DNA from: Tubulanus polymorphus
Taxonomy: Eukaryota > Animalia > Nemertea
Length of the DNA stretch: 64,000 bases
Direction: 5' to 3'
Assembly: GCF_964204645.1 (NCBI RefSeq)
Contig: NC_134026.1
Coordinates: 1,449,950 to 1,513,949 of the forward strand
Part shown: piece after piece, positions 1 to 14,416 of the stretch
How the letters are laid out: the number at the start of each line of letters is the position of its first letter
How positions within the stretch are numbered: position 1 is the stretch's first letter
Notes under the pieces: generated by a model
Databases searched by the model: none
Seen by the model: the letters and a program-made list of their open reading frames with translations, nothing else
What the model was told of the DNA's origin: nothing
Program-made: the position numbers and the translations under genes

Positions 1-3000
1 AATACAACATACTCCGCAGCAAACCCGAGCGTATAACATTCGAAAGCAGTCCGCAAGAAAATCGCCGATATTAGCGAGACACAGGAAAGTAAGGGGTATT
101 CCGATCAATGCATAAAGTATCGTCGCTACACGCCCAGTCTTGGTTTTGGGCGCCACGTGACCATATCCTGAAACAGAAAAAAAGAAACTAACAATTTCGA
201 TTCAAAATTAGTGTGTATTCAAAGGTCACGGGGAAAGTGACAATGAATGAAATTACATTGACCGATGCAGCCAATAAAAGTAGTTTAGAAGAGTTTTACG
301 TCCCAACAGCAAGTAACAGTGTAACCCTAGTGGGTCTTAAGAGAGATGGCTCACAACCTGACTATACGTAAGTAAACAGAGTTTAGTCCATGTATATGTC
401 TAGGCAGCCAACGCCAGAGGTGGTTTCGAAGCAGGGACCTCTTTGTTCCCAGTCCTCCACTCAACCAACTTAGCTAACTGCACAGGATAAGTCTATTTGA
501 TCAGTAGCTATACAGATTGATGTCATACGATATATACGTATGTATTACGTGACATATTGAGTAACACTATCCGAGCGTGTGATCTCGTTAATGGGATTTC
601 TATTCGGGTTCTAGGCAGAGAAACTTTCTCTGCAGCTTTTGCCTGATATTGTGCAGACGGTAACAAGAAAATATTAGATTTCTGTGAGTGAGGAACTTTG
701 GCTGACATTGGTTTTATCCGTGTATATCAAGAAAAATAACGTGATCTGTACAGAGCGATTCGGCTGCTAGATAAAAGGATTATAGAACACTGTGGAAGCA
801 AAATCTTTTCAAGTTTGTCTGTTTTTGCTAAGAAAACATTATTTTTTACTATCTATCCATTTGCTTGTACCTACTGTCGGTGCGCACATAACTTAACGTT
901 GCGAGGTGCAATACGCGTTGAAAAGGTCAGAATTACTAACATTCTCTGGAAATAAATTACGCAAACGAACATACTGTTCGAAACAATTACTTCAAAATAT
1001 TTAAGGAGCCAGACCTTGGTAATTGGTGCTCATTCACTATGCGCTACACCTGTCCTTTTACAAGTTCAGTCCCGTAAAGCGCTACTACGGTCATTACTCT
1101 AACGAAAGATTTCTAGATCATTAAACTAAATGGTTCTAGAATTGCCGAATTCCAACGTGAATGAAGATAAAACTATTGCGGTAACCGACGCTGTTAGTAA
1201 CGGATGGGGTTTGTTTGAAGTTTCAGCTGTTTATTGAAAATGAAAGGATGAATGTCTTTTGTAAAAACACTGATAGCTATCGGCATTCGATATAAAAATC
1301 ATTTACATCCACGAAAAAAATGCGACAATTTTTGCAAGTTGAAATTTCGAATCTTTTCCTGAAAACGAATATTGTGACTGCGTTTGCTGATCTAATTGCG
1401 AGCGCATACGAATCACATTTTCCATATTACGTTTGCGAACACTTATTGAACGCAAATCATCAATGTGAGATATATCTTCGACTGTTCGAAAAAACCCTGG
1501 ATGCACTTGTCCTTCGAAACCAGTACCATATACACTCACTAATATCCCGATAATCTAAGAGAGACAGAACTAGTATGTTAAAATCTCGTGACGAAACCTC
1601 TTCTCTATCTTCGCGATATAGAATTTTCGTCATCTTGGTGTATATATTAAAAATGAAAATTCTCTCGGCAACAGACTCGTTGGCGGGTCAGATGAGTTGT
1701 AAGAATTACTAGGGATCACATACTCAATCAATATTTGTTAATATGTTCGCGTATTCTGCAGATATTTGCGGAAAATGTCACTTTGAGCATCTCAAGGATT
1801 TTTCGAGTGGCGTTCGCGACGCACGACGGGTATTCTTTTTAACGATTTAACGTTTAAATTTGACGTTAAGTTATCTAAATGACGCGGCGACTCGTCACCA
1901 CTAAGAGTCTGGCAAGTTGCATACGTCCCATGTGAAGCCGTACTCTTTCTCATCGTATTTTCCAGTATATAACATATCCATGTTCTCAGTTTTTGGTGCG
2001 TTATTAATATTCACTTCGGAATTGATCGTCTGCAATGTAAAACTTACTGATATATGGCCATTCACAACTGACGTCATCTTTCTTATAAAGTATATGCAGC
2101 TTTTCATAACGTTAGAATTAAGTATACGCACTCTTGTAAGCGTTAGTCATTTGTAACGATGAAGAGAGTAAATTACTGTTAAGAATTTCATGAGCTGCCA
2201 ATCAAAATATGTATATATATATATATATATATACCAGATATATAAAAGTATCTGATAGCAACAGTTCAAGGTCGATCCAGAAAAATATGGACAAACTGTT
2301 TCAGTATTTCATGCAAAAACTGTTCAACCAAATTTTCCGATTATCAAGTAATGATTTGCATTTCATCGCGTTTCATTTGCCACATCACTTTTAACGAGAC
2401 AAAAAAGAAATAAGGGCGCACATAACCACGAATCCCCATCGTCTTGTTACTGGCCACTTAACTAATTCCTTAACTAATCCGCTTTTTTCTTAAAAAATCA
2501 TTCTCTGTTCGATGGCATCGTATAATTTTGTAACGCAATTATGAACATTGCCCTTTCAGTTTATACCTGAAAATTTCGAACGCTGCAAAAACAAATTCAT
2601 AAATCATCGTTTTGTATTGAACATGGATGTTGATTCATCAATTCATCGAGCTGCTATTTGACATCTGCTCCTGATCTTGGACGGCGTGTGTGCGTGGGAA
2701 ACAGTTCATGAACAATCTGACGGTAGAACCTGGGACGACGTTGATATCTTTTCTTGTCCGCAACTTAGGAATTTGGGAAGTGGACAAATCTACACACACA
2801 CACACAGACCGCCGATACGCATGTTTCGGGAATTAGAGCAATGGAAATTATTCCCTGTTTTCAGGATATTTCACGCTAAAGAATCATCCGAATTTATTCA
2901 ATCTCGACAGCTCTTTTGCAGGCGCTTTTCGTAGAAATTTACTCAAAACAGCTTTTAGCATTAACATACCTATAAATAGCCTGGACGCCGGTGTTTACCT

Positions 3001-6000
3001 GGCACTTGATAGGCGAGATGTTAGTCAAACGGACAAACCCAAGAAATAGCAGGGTTTACAACGTTTATATCGTTGATAAGAAATACTAAATCGGTTCCTA
3101 ACTGTGCAGGTTACAACAACGTTTCAGTCGCTTTATGAATAAGAATTTGTGAATTCGATATCCGAATCAAAATGGTTGAAATTAAATATATATAACTGAC
3201 GAAATGTTTGAGTATCTTTCCGAGATTTACTTCGGACATTTTGTACAGGTTTTTAAACAAAAGACACGAATGTCGACGGTATTGTAGAACGTGAAATATT
3301 GCATATAACAAAGCAATAAACACGGCATAGGTTAGTTTGGTACACGAGTTGTACACGGTAGTTTGGACAACTAACAAACGTTTTACTAATAAAAGCTCAA
3401 GGTTTTATCGGTAATAAACGGTCCAGTGAATGCTACAGATTCGGAGATGATACTGATTCTCGAGCAGATAGCGAAAGAGATCGTTTATTTCCGGACAAAT
3501 ATGATTTCGTGACTTAATTATAATTACGTCTGCTATTTTCGGCCGCTGTGCTGCGTATGTTATTTACGCGGAATTTTCGCTCTGTCTAATTTTTAGCTGC
3601 AGTTCAATCAGTCAGATTATTCCCGAAATGTCGCCATGCTTGATTAATTAATGGCTGTATAATGTTGAGCCAGACTCTTAAGTCAATATTGATCCCTTAT
3701 TAAGTATATTACGTTGGGCCACAGCTAATTATAACTATGGAACTAGATTTGAGACTTCATTTTCATAAATGGATATTTTTGAATTCAAAGTTCAGTAAAG
3801 AACAGTCCACGAGAAAAAGACTAAATGAATCGTGCTGCAAAGATTCGTGAAATCTTAAGCTTGGATTGAAACTGCTACATGTACAGGATCAGATAGAGCG
3901 ATGGGAATAATCACTAATCTAACATTGAGAACATTATTTAGTAAGTAAAACCTTTACTAGAAGTACTAATCAATCATTTAGAGTAAACTATTTCGTACAT
4001 GACCTTCAAACAGTAAGGTTCTCCTATACGCCGTGTCTTATTCCTCGGTTCAAGGCTTGATCAAAGTTCTTACATACGATAAACAGTTACTTACATATTC
4101 CACTGTATTGGATAGATATATACATAATAGTTATATTGATGATAACAGCTTTAGCCCACCTGAAATCAATCACGTTGCTTACACAAATTATGAAAGCATA
4201 AAAATCGTTAAGATACAATAAAACTTTGAGATATTAAATAGATGAAAAAGTACGCTTCAAATGTTCTTGTAAAAAGGTAGGTTTTAAGATAACGTTGATG
4301 GGCTTTCACTGACATTTCTAATGATAGAATTCCATAGATAAGAAGCAGAGGAGAAATACGTTTCAGGTGAAAGAGACTTTCCAAAAGATGACTTCGCCCA
4401 CGTTATTACTAATCATCGTGAATCCCTAGGGTTTTTTTCGTGGTTCAATCAAGCGCCATCGATTAGATAACACGTCACAGGGATTTGGAACGATTTGATC
4501 AAGATTTCATACAATTTCTGTAAAGGAACCGCGGATTATTTTCGTGCATCATAATTCTTTCTTCATTATCACGGTTTTAGCGCATTGAGTCTTGGTGAAA
4601 TGAAAGACAGCCATAAATAAGTTGCCGATGAACGCTTTTCGCACAGTAGATAGCCGTTATTTTATATAGACGAGTTACGAGACCTTTGGTGAAGTAATCG
4701 AACGGGGTTATTTTCAGATAAATCGATCTATTTTAGAATTAAATGATCAAAAAAGCATCGCGTTAAGAAGAACATCACAAAATCCAACTATATACGCTTT
4801 TAACCGACGTAACAAACCATTACCTATCACGCTTTAACAAGTGCTAATGTGTTTTATTCTATCGTCTACTGTATTTTCCAGACTAAGGTCAAATTCACAG
4901 GCGATACGCATTTCCATCGCCGAGGAGCTGGATGGCTTTATTTCATCGTAAATAAATCTATCCATCAACTCGATTTCTTCGCTGAAAAAAAAATCCGATT
5001 CTCAATAAAACGTCGTCGCGCCGTTTACACGAATTATACGAATATCATTTTTCGAATGAAGAAAATATTGCTTTTGTTCGTGCGAACTGCATGTTTCTTT
5101 AGCTGAAATCTTTTTTTATAACTTCCGTAAATTCATTACCCGTCAGACAAATAACGCCTATTATTCACAATCTGATACGTTTTATCGTTTATTTACGTAC
5201 ATGTTTTTCGTGAGTTTTACCGTTACTGGCAAAAGGTTAAATATGCAACAACAAACAGCTTTAATGATAGAATTGAATGAAACGTTGATCCAAACCTGGA
5301 TCTTGATTACTTAATGAAATAACGGCCAACGTATTTAAGACCTGTTTCAGGATTTATCTCAGACAACCTTATAGTTCATATCTTTTATGAATTGAAATTG
5401 ACCCAGACATAAGTCAACTAGACTCATCAACTTCGAGAGATTTCCTCGAATAATCCGCTCCGTTCTGCGTGAGTGAGTATATTGAAACAAGAGCTGATAT
5501 TGATGAACTCCGACAATGTCAACACGTATTACCTACTTCACACAATTTATCATTCTGACATTAAACACGATTACATTCTAACACATAAAATATCACCATC
5601 TCTAAAATTCACTTCAGTTCGGATATTTTTCTTACGCCCCACAAAGGTGTGGTGGCGTAAAATGACACCAGTGCGTGCATTGAAATTGCGACTGAATCTC
5701 TTATAACCCTCAATGGTTCGATTTAAGAATTATTTATCTCTCTCAGATTCGGAGACAATTCGTCTCTGATTTGATGAATCAAGTTTAGTTATTCAGGGAA
5801 ATGTCAACTACAGCCCACGACAACTTACCCGAGAGTTTGGAATGCGAAAATATAGAAATTGTTGACGTTTTATATCTAATTAATAATTGATGAGAAGGAT
5901 TTCTGGGAAATTCAATAATAATAGTGAAGACATGTGGTGTTTTGTTTGAGAAGGTTTTGAGGCGAATGTAGGATCGTGGAGATTCAGATTGCGTGTATAT

Positions 6001-9000
6001 GGTAGTATCTGATGATGAAAGTAGACATATACTCAGATCGCACTACCGTTTATCACATGGCGAATGTGCACCCGAAGTAAATAATAGACCCTTATCGAAT
6101 GTGCAGTGAGATGTATCCGAACTCAAGTCGGAAATGAACTTAATGCTGACATTAAAAGATTAAACCGTTACAACGACCGTGGTATCTCTGTAATGATGAC
6201 GTCAATCATGGCTGACCGATGAAAGGCAATTTATCTTTTTTTGGATCCGAGAAAGATCGGCTGGTTACGAATAGAACAATGTAGTTATATCTTTATATGG
6301 CAATATCGCAGCCTTGTGCAGTATATCTAACACTGAAGAAAATCATCAAAACGATTCATTTTCTGTTAATTCGCCGGTAGAATATAGTTTGTTAAAACCG
6401 AATTGATATTTATTGAACTGATAAAGACTGATTTTGATGAAACATCGTACACTTCATTGTACGGCCATTCCAACCAGCGACGCAGAAAACCCGTTATCGC
6501 TGCTTTGCAGCTACATTTGATATTAAAGTATCTAAATGTTGTAACTCGACATTTGACACGATTATCATGATCAGGAACACAGTGCATTTTCGGATTTTAT
6601 AGAGATGGAGTGATGTTGATCATCCGGTCGCCTTCGCGTATAGTCAAGCATTTCTAAATTTTAGGAGGGAAATATTGTAAATCTCAGATCGTTATAAAGA
6701 TTTCAAAGAAGTCTGCGCATAACGGTTCGAAAGTGCAGCGCAAGTTTGAACCCCTGGTAGCGGATGGTATCGACAAGCACCAATCAACGTTAATAACTCG
6801 GTTCGCTACAGCACAATGGCGGGATATGATAAGATAAAGTTATTTTACGGCTCAGTGTGAAATCGACCGAACGCGAAATGAATTTTTTTATAAAGATGTG
6901 TTAAGTCGGTATCATTTACCTCGGCTTGGTGGAACAGGTGGCATTTTAAAATAGTTAATAAGCAGCTAATGAGCGCTCGCCACGTAAAACTTGCGAAATC
7001 TGTTTCTGTCTGATGATATAGTCCGGCGGTGTTACGTATCTTTATAAATACTTCCTTCTGTTTAGACAGATGTAAAAACACTTTCAATATTATTGTCAAA
7101 TAAGACGCAATGCTTCTCTTGCCATTGCTCAATTCGTTGTGTAAACGCATGCCGCATATTTTGACTGACAGCATTTTTGCTTTTCCTGCGCCATGTGCGT
7201 ATATAAAAATAAAACAACATGGAAATGGATAAAGGTCACGAAGAAGAACGTGTAATAAATATTACGGAGCAAAGTGGTTCATACTTGATTGTCGGTAAAT
7301 TCGCAATATTCTCCGTAAAATACAACCGCGTAGCAATCGTTGACAGAGACTTGGCGTCGAAAGTCTTGAAAAATTATACGGTTTAAGATTTACAAATACT
7401 TCGATTTTTCAAAAGAAATGATATTTAGTTCTCATTTGATAAAAGGGTTTTCTTTTGTTCGCATAACAAAGACCTGGAAGAACAGAAAAAAAACTTATAC
7501 ATAAGTAACTAAGTAAGCTAATCATTATATACTCATATAACAATGCCCCAAACGCAACCTCTTCTCACTACAAGATCTTATCTATACATTTCTTATCACG
7601 GCGTGCTATTCCTGGATATAAACTTCAGACACGCAGGATTAAAACAGAGAACAGATAATAATGATAATGCTGGCGTTTGTCTCTTTAGAATAAGTATCCG
7701 AAATCTCGCAGGGCTTTGTGTGCGCAAAATAAGCAGAAAGTATATTCGATTTCCTAGCAATTGGATATCTTAATACCTCTCAACTATTTGAGCTGATTAC
7801 CTTCAACAATAATTGGCGGTGAAAAATCTTTGCGAAAGCAAAAAAAAGAAAGAAAGAAATGCAGCCCTGGATTTGGAGTTTCATAAGCCAATCTAATATT
7901 TTGAAGCTGAAATAAATGGTAGAGAATACGATATGACATATGGTGAATTGGTGTTTTTTTGCGGCGTACATTCAGTATGGACTAAAACCCATCTAATTGG
8001 CGTTCAACGATGCGTATATAATATGCATATTTACTAGTTACCTATTAATCACCGAATCAATCTTCTCTCCGAACTACGATATGCTCTAAAATATCGTAAC
8101 ATATCATATCAAATCTCAGCTTAGGGCGGATTAGTCGTTTTAGTGGGCTTCATGATTCAAATTGTCAGGAAAACAATGAAAAAATAATGAATAAAAACGA
8201 TGTAATATGATACATATTTCGAATTAGAAAATGTTCAATTTTCTTCGTTTTGCCCAAAGCATTGCTGTATATTCAATTTTGATATGATCGTGACGTCGTT
8301 AAATCAGTAGACAAATATAACACGACGATGATACTTCATTATAACCGCACTTCTACGAGCCGAGAGCCGCATAATCGTTCATTGCCAATGTAATAACTAA
8401 TGAACTTATGTTTCCCAGGAAAAACACTCGCACAAGGGCATCATTTATATTAGAACATTATACGTATGTGAACTATAAATAAGATCCATCAGCAGACGTA
8501 TTTCTAATTACCGATTAGCAACCAGTTCAGGTGAATTAAACGCTTACAAATATGTTTGTTACCGCCATTATTATTGAATTACACTAATCATATAAAAAAT
8601 TGACTTTTTCTTACTTTAGTTCTTTCTTTTATCTTTGTTGAATGATTAGATCTTTCTATTAAAGATCGAAGAGAGATTTCTCTCTCTCTTCGTGACTCAA
8701 TATCTGAGAGGGATGTTTTTCTAATGTTTTGTTACGTAATGTATTGATAACGATGGCTTCATTTACGTAGGCGTATAGACGGTGGATTGCCAATTCGATA
8801 AAAAAAACTCTTCTCATCAGTTTTGTGCGTTCACACTTTCCAAAAAATACATCATCAAAAGTTGTTTGTGAAGGAGAGAGAAATTGTACAGTTGACTCCT
8901 ATAGCCGAGTAATACATTGCATTAACTATTTTAACATACCGACATAATGTTCGTTGTCACAACTGGAGTACCTCGCATGTCAGTTCCGAAACGTTAAGGC

Positions 9001-10594
9001 TTCAAGCACTTTATGTACGAATTAGATTTTAAATTGAATGTAAATAGTGACTTCTTCCTCGACTGCCTTTCGATTTCTGAACAGCCTGTTGTTCAGTACT
9101 GAAGAAACTAATACAGGCTAAGATGTTTTCGAAGCGAGGATCAGTGCTATATTTGGCCCATTTTCGATAACAAATGAATATGCGGAATAATGAAAATCTT
9201 CTCGGAAAAATTGAGCAATTCTTCATATGTTTCCTGTTTGTATGAAATCGATTAATTTTAGTTTTACCGCGAATTTTGTATTATCATGAACCTCCTGTAT
9301 GTATTCATCCATGATTTGCAACACTTTTCAGACTATATTTCTCACCAGCAAGTTATAGATAATAAAAGTGCGAATTATCTTACAAAAAACCGAGGTAAAC
9401 GCAAACTAATGTGGTCAATAGATAAACCATGCCGTAAATAAACACAATCGTTTTGCAGAATCAAGATAAAACTTTTTCTTAAGTTATCTATTTCGGAATC
9501 TTTCAAATAATGATATTCGACAAAATTTGTTTATAACTAAAAGATTTCTCATCTTCAGAAATGTAGTTCCTAAAACTTCGAAAAAATTCCTATCGATGAT
9601 TATACAATCAGAAAAGCTATAAATTGAAGTTCCCAAATGTTTCTGAACATTCGATTTCCGCATATGAAGTTTTTTCTTTTCAAAATCACGTGTCTTACTT
9701 ATAAACCTCTGTGTGTGTGTGGGGGGGAGGGGGGGGGGGGGGGTTGCGCCCACAGTCGACATTCACGATAGAAAATAGTTCAAAAGTTCTTTGTTTAAAC
9801 GAGTGAAAACAAGGAAAATATTTTTTTGTATCCATCGAATACACCTTAGATTTTTTAAGATATTAACGAGACGAGACGTTTGTTGGCTACCGTGAATTAA
9901 GTAAATAAAATAGCTAAGATTACTTTTTGACTTGTGTAAACAAGGTTTAAGGTATAGGCAACCGTGCAGTCTGTTATTGACTGTATCCCGAGAGCACACA
10001 TCAGAAACTACGAAATGATACTATACGTGGTGATATACTATGCTTACCGATAGTCGTGATGACTGTTACTGCAAACAATAAAGCCCCAGCGTATGACCAT
10101 TTTAATTCGGAGTTATCTTCGCCATCCCAACCTTCCGATTTGACGGCACGAAACACGTATTTCTGGTAGTCTTGTAGAATTGTATCGACTTCTTTAGAAT
10201 AATTGCTAATCATATCCTGTCTAATTTGTTCGAGATCAATGGCTTTACGGACAATTTTACTGACCGTTTTGTTACGATGTTCGCGAGCATATACATTCGT
10301 TTTTTCTTCGTTGGGCGCTTCCAACGCCTGGAACAATAAGCCACCCATGATGGAATAGCCAACTACTAAACCACTCAGACCTATATGGGAAAACAGGAAG
10401 GTCCAAGCGGTCTTACAACAGTTTTTAAATTTGCGCCATTGGCGTCTAGTTCGTTCTTGTTTCAATTGTTTTTCGAGTTCGAGTTCGAGCTCAATTTGCT
10501 GAAGTTCAAAATCATCGACGGACGCTTCATCAGAAGTTCCGCCTTCGGCTCTAGATTTTTTCCTTCGAAACTTTTTTGAGAACATTGTCAACAT
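1..10594 (-). CDS. Two-pore domain (K2P/TWK-like) potassium channel, 5' part; continues off the window's left edge
   Basis: Exon 10594-10048 encodes TM1 ([25 protein letters not shown]), the cap and pore helix [18 protein letters not shown], then a GT donor. After an AG acceptor, exon 167-1 continues in phase as [43 protein letters not shown]. The TIGYG filter is split by a ~9.9 kb intron. Confidence 0.93.
405..486 (-). mobile_element. tRNA-derived SINE head (or decayed tRNA-like sequence) in the K2P intron
   Basis: Minus strand reads GCAGTTAGCTAAGTTGGTTGAGTGGAGGACTGGGAACAAAGAGGTCCCTGCTTCGAAACC: A-box-like TAGCTAAGTTGG and B-box-like GCTTCGAAACC at tRNA spacing. There is no clean acceptor stem, so it is not called as a tRNA. 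Confidence 0.55.
2212..2233. repeat. (TA)n microsatellite
   Basis: Direct reading: about 11 TA units. Confidence 0.9.
9710..9743 (+). repeat. (TG)n followed by a poly-G tract
   Basis: TGTGTGTGTGT followed by ~22 G interrupted by one A. Confidence 0.85.
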
Positions 10595-11321
10595 CGCCCT
10601 ACCTTCTAGCCCCCGACCGACAAGAAAAATATGATAATTCCTTCAGGCGCCATTATCATTCTGCGGCAATTACCTCAACAAACCTACGACATTTTATCTC
10701 AACTTCAGCTGATGTTTCCTCGGAAATTCACTACGTTATTTTAAACTGTAATATCCGTTGAATCGCCTCGTTTATGATTTCTGCCTCCTCTAAATAATCC
10801 AAAACTATATATCAACGTTAGAGCTCACGTGGAAAACTCTCAAATGATCACGCACGCTTGCTGACAACTTCTGCGAAATATTATGGAATTACTTCACTTC
10901 AATGACTTTATCCTGAGAAAAAACAAACGTTTTTTTATCGAGAAAACGAAGTACGTCGTGAATCACCGATACAATAGGTACGTAATCACCACTTATTTTC
11001 GAAACAAAACAATAATTTCCCGTATAATTTCTGCGGCGTAAATGTTCCAGCTCGAGAGCGACTTCGATGATTTACGCCTGCTCCAACGGCGGAAGACCAT
11101 GAAATACAGTCTCCCACTACAGCGTATCGTTATTGCACCTGTAAACTTGCCGACTAGAGCAGGCCGCGATTTATTCGCGGTGACATTTCAACCTTTTTCG
11201 AGAAGCAACAACTAGATACGTAAGAACCCCGTCCTATTCTTGCGTACATACGGAACGTTACCGCCGCAATCGCAAGTAACCGCCTTCGTTTACATTAGTT
11301 GAACGCCAAGTGTTGTATGCA

Positions 11322-11385
11322 TCTCTCCATCTCTCTCTAGTCTTTCTCTCTCTCTCTCTTCCCTCACTCTTTTCCCTCACTCTCT
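11322..11385. repeat. CT/GA-rich microsatellite upstream of the K2P coding exon
   Basis: TCTCTCCATCTCTCTCTAGTCTTTCTCTCTCTCTCTCTTCCCTCACTCT... Confidence 0.7.
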
Positions 11386-14300
11386 AACGCAGACGGCTTG
11401 GCTATGAACCTACAGTTTTCTTTCTTCTTTTACGTTCGTGGCGATAATAAACGAGTATAGTTTTAACTGATGAAATTATACCACTTTTCACCCTGAAGTA
11501 CCGGTCGACCGAGCAGACGTTAGGCACGCTGGTAAACTATGACGTCACTCGCAAACTGTAATTAATGGTTTGTCTGCTGAGGTATTGTAAACACTGGAAG
11601 AATTGGAGATCATATGTGCCGTGATCTGATATGAAAAATAAATGCTGAATGCGATGTTGTACTCCCAGACTATCACCAGGATATCGAGTAATTTCTCGCA
11701 ACTATACAAATAAAAACTTTCGCGAAAAGAGCTTCATAATATGCTTATCATTGAAACTTGTTGAACGCCCACATAGAATTCAGATGAGAATAAGCAAAAG
11801 GCTATGCAACTTCGTCTAACTATGGTTTTTTAATCGGATTTTTGTGTCTGTAGAATGAGCATCATCGAAAACCTGCTCAGAGAGAAGGGTGGACTTTTTA
11901 GCAGAAATAAAAACAATATTCGTAAAAAAAACTCGTGGGTTGGCTCGAATCCCGAGGGGATATCGTGTACAAATTTATTGCCTTCATCGAAGCGATATAT
12001 CAAGATCAACATGTTACGTCAAAACATATTGGAAAGAGGAAGAGATTATAAGAAACTGTCAGGGAAAAAACGATTCGAGTATAGTGTTCAACTTCGAGAA
12101 CATAAAATGCTTAGATTAAAACTGACAAAACATCGATTCTTCTTCGTTCTAGTTCATAGTCTTTTTTCGGCAACGATTATCATAACCTTTTCTTTATTTC
12201 TTTAAAAGACACTTCTATATTCGAATATTCTATCTCGTAGCGTGGACGCTGTTACGCATACGAGGACCAACTTCTACAATAGGTTTGACACTCAATGTTA
12301 AGATTAGTTCATTTTCAATGTTTCGACCGTCACATTCTAACAGAGTTCTATGTTACTGAATCCAATTGCCTACTACAATGCTGTTTTAAGTACTGCTAAG
12401 TTTTTTTTACTAAAACTCTCATGGATGTAATGATGATTGGGAAATACTACGATATGGGCTCTGAAAGGTACAGACGGCAGTATCCCGTCATATCATTCGA
12501 TGGATGCCATTGATACATGATGGAAATAAACCGGAAGACATTAGTCTACAGATTTGATGAGAGTAGCACGAGTATACTTCAATGATATTGAATGATTTCT
12601 AGTAGGTGATCATCTCTTATCCCATTTCACGAGTCAAAATCTACGTGACGTCTCGGTATTGATGGTAGGAGACGGTGCGTATATACCACGTACCGTGCGC
12701 TTACTAGAATTCAAGCTTCGCGAAATCGGTGATATGAAATATATCGTGAAGTGCAATTGAAAATTCAAAAGACTGCATCTCATCACTTCGACGAAGCGTT
12801 TTACGAGTATTTGTCTGGATAATGACTCGGGTAAAAAGTGGATGACGACATTTTCGGTCAATAGGCTCCGCGAAGGATAATGATAGTATTTGTCAGACGG
12901 TGGAGTGAAGTGATGCGTATATATCAGTAATTAAGCAAGTCCTGTGACCGATTGATCCCTTATGAATGGATAAGTCATCATTAGATAATCGACGTCAGCT
13001 TGAAAATCATATCAGACATGAATCCGGGTAACTTGTTTTCATCTGGGTTTTTTTAACGAAGGGAACAAGATCTATGACGACAATGACGTATTCATTACTT
13101 AAAGGAGATTCCGACTAGTTTCTTTTGTCGTATAGATGAGACTTCAGATGATTTAGTCGATCGCTGTATTCAGTTTGGTTAATGTTATCGATACACACTG
13201 CAGACCCTCGCACTGAGGAAACTGATATGAGAACCGCGTGATGTTCCCTGCTGCCGAACGTTGAGGAGAGCTCTTCATTTCGCGACTGAATTTCCTATTT
13301 GCATTCTCACACGAATATTGCTAGTTCGAGAGGCCAGAAATCTCCTTCTTCGGTTTTCTTGTCAAATTTGGAATACATATATATCGGAAGATCGTCAGAA
13401 AACCGTCAACAGAAAACCGTTATCGATACGTGGACGAGAGATACCGAAACGGCCCCCATATTGGACTTTATACCACAGATTTCAAGGTCTTATCGAACGG
13501 TCAAGCTTTTGAACTTTATGAATCAGGGTCATGTTTGTAAAAAAAAAGGTCATGGTCACTTGTTGATAAATACTGACCATTTTATGGCTTCAGGCCGAAT
13601 TTATACACAATCATTCTTGAATTGCTTAAATTTGAAAGAAAATCTAACAATGAAAATGGAACAAAGTAGAATTTATCGGATCCAAATCTATTATGTATAA
13701 ATCTATTTTGCGTCAGAAGTCTTTGAAATACGAGGGCCTTTAAAAATGATCAAGCTTTTAAGACACATGGTTTGTTTTTGCACATCATTACATCGTCAAC
13801 AACAGGTTTTGAAAACTTATGACTACTGAAAAACAGAATCCACAAATGTATAAGATAAAAACCAGGGCCAGGACTCTTTTTCGAAGAATACCATACAACT
13901 GCCACTGACTTCTATCTTCCATCATTGCTGATTATAATTAAATTTTAACAACTAGATATCCACTGAACTGCGTAAAACATCTCGTGTTGCTGCTATCCAT
14001 ATGGTTTTATTTACACAAGATTTCACCTTATTGCGTTCTAAAATTCTCATACTTTGAATCGACATTTGCTTATTGCACGTATAAACAAACGTGTTTTGTA
14101 TCGATATACTCCGTAATATTCAGCTTGTAAATATTTTCTTGCAATTTTTCTCGTCCTTTCGTGTCAGAAAAGAACCTTAATATTAAACAGTCTATCCGAA
14201 TTCATAGTCACTTCCATAATCTAAAGGAAAATGAAATGTACAGAATTTCGGTAATTTTTACTATCTATTCGACGTCATACAAAATAAGTATGTACCAGTT

Positions 14301-14416
14301 TATGGGACCTGACAAACAACCCTTTCTAAAATCCTGTATACTTTTCCAATATAGCCTACATGTACATGATATATTATACGATGCGCATTAGTACATAGTG
14401 GTTCTAGTTTGGAGAC

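Noticed and set aside
405-486. Functional tRNA gene
   Set aside because: The B box is degenerate (GCTTCGA) and the acceptor stem does not close, so it is treated as a SINE-like relic.
168-10047. Short ORFs throughout the K2P intron
   Set aside because: No recognisable protein or transposase/RT motifs; composition is typical of non-coding AT-rich DNA.
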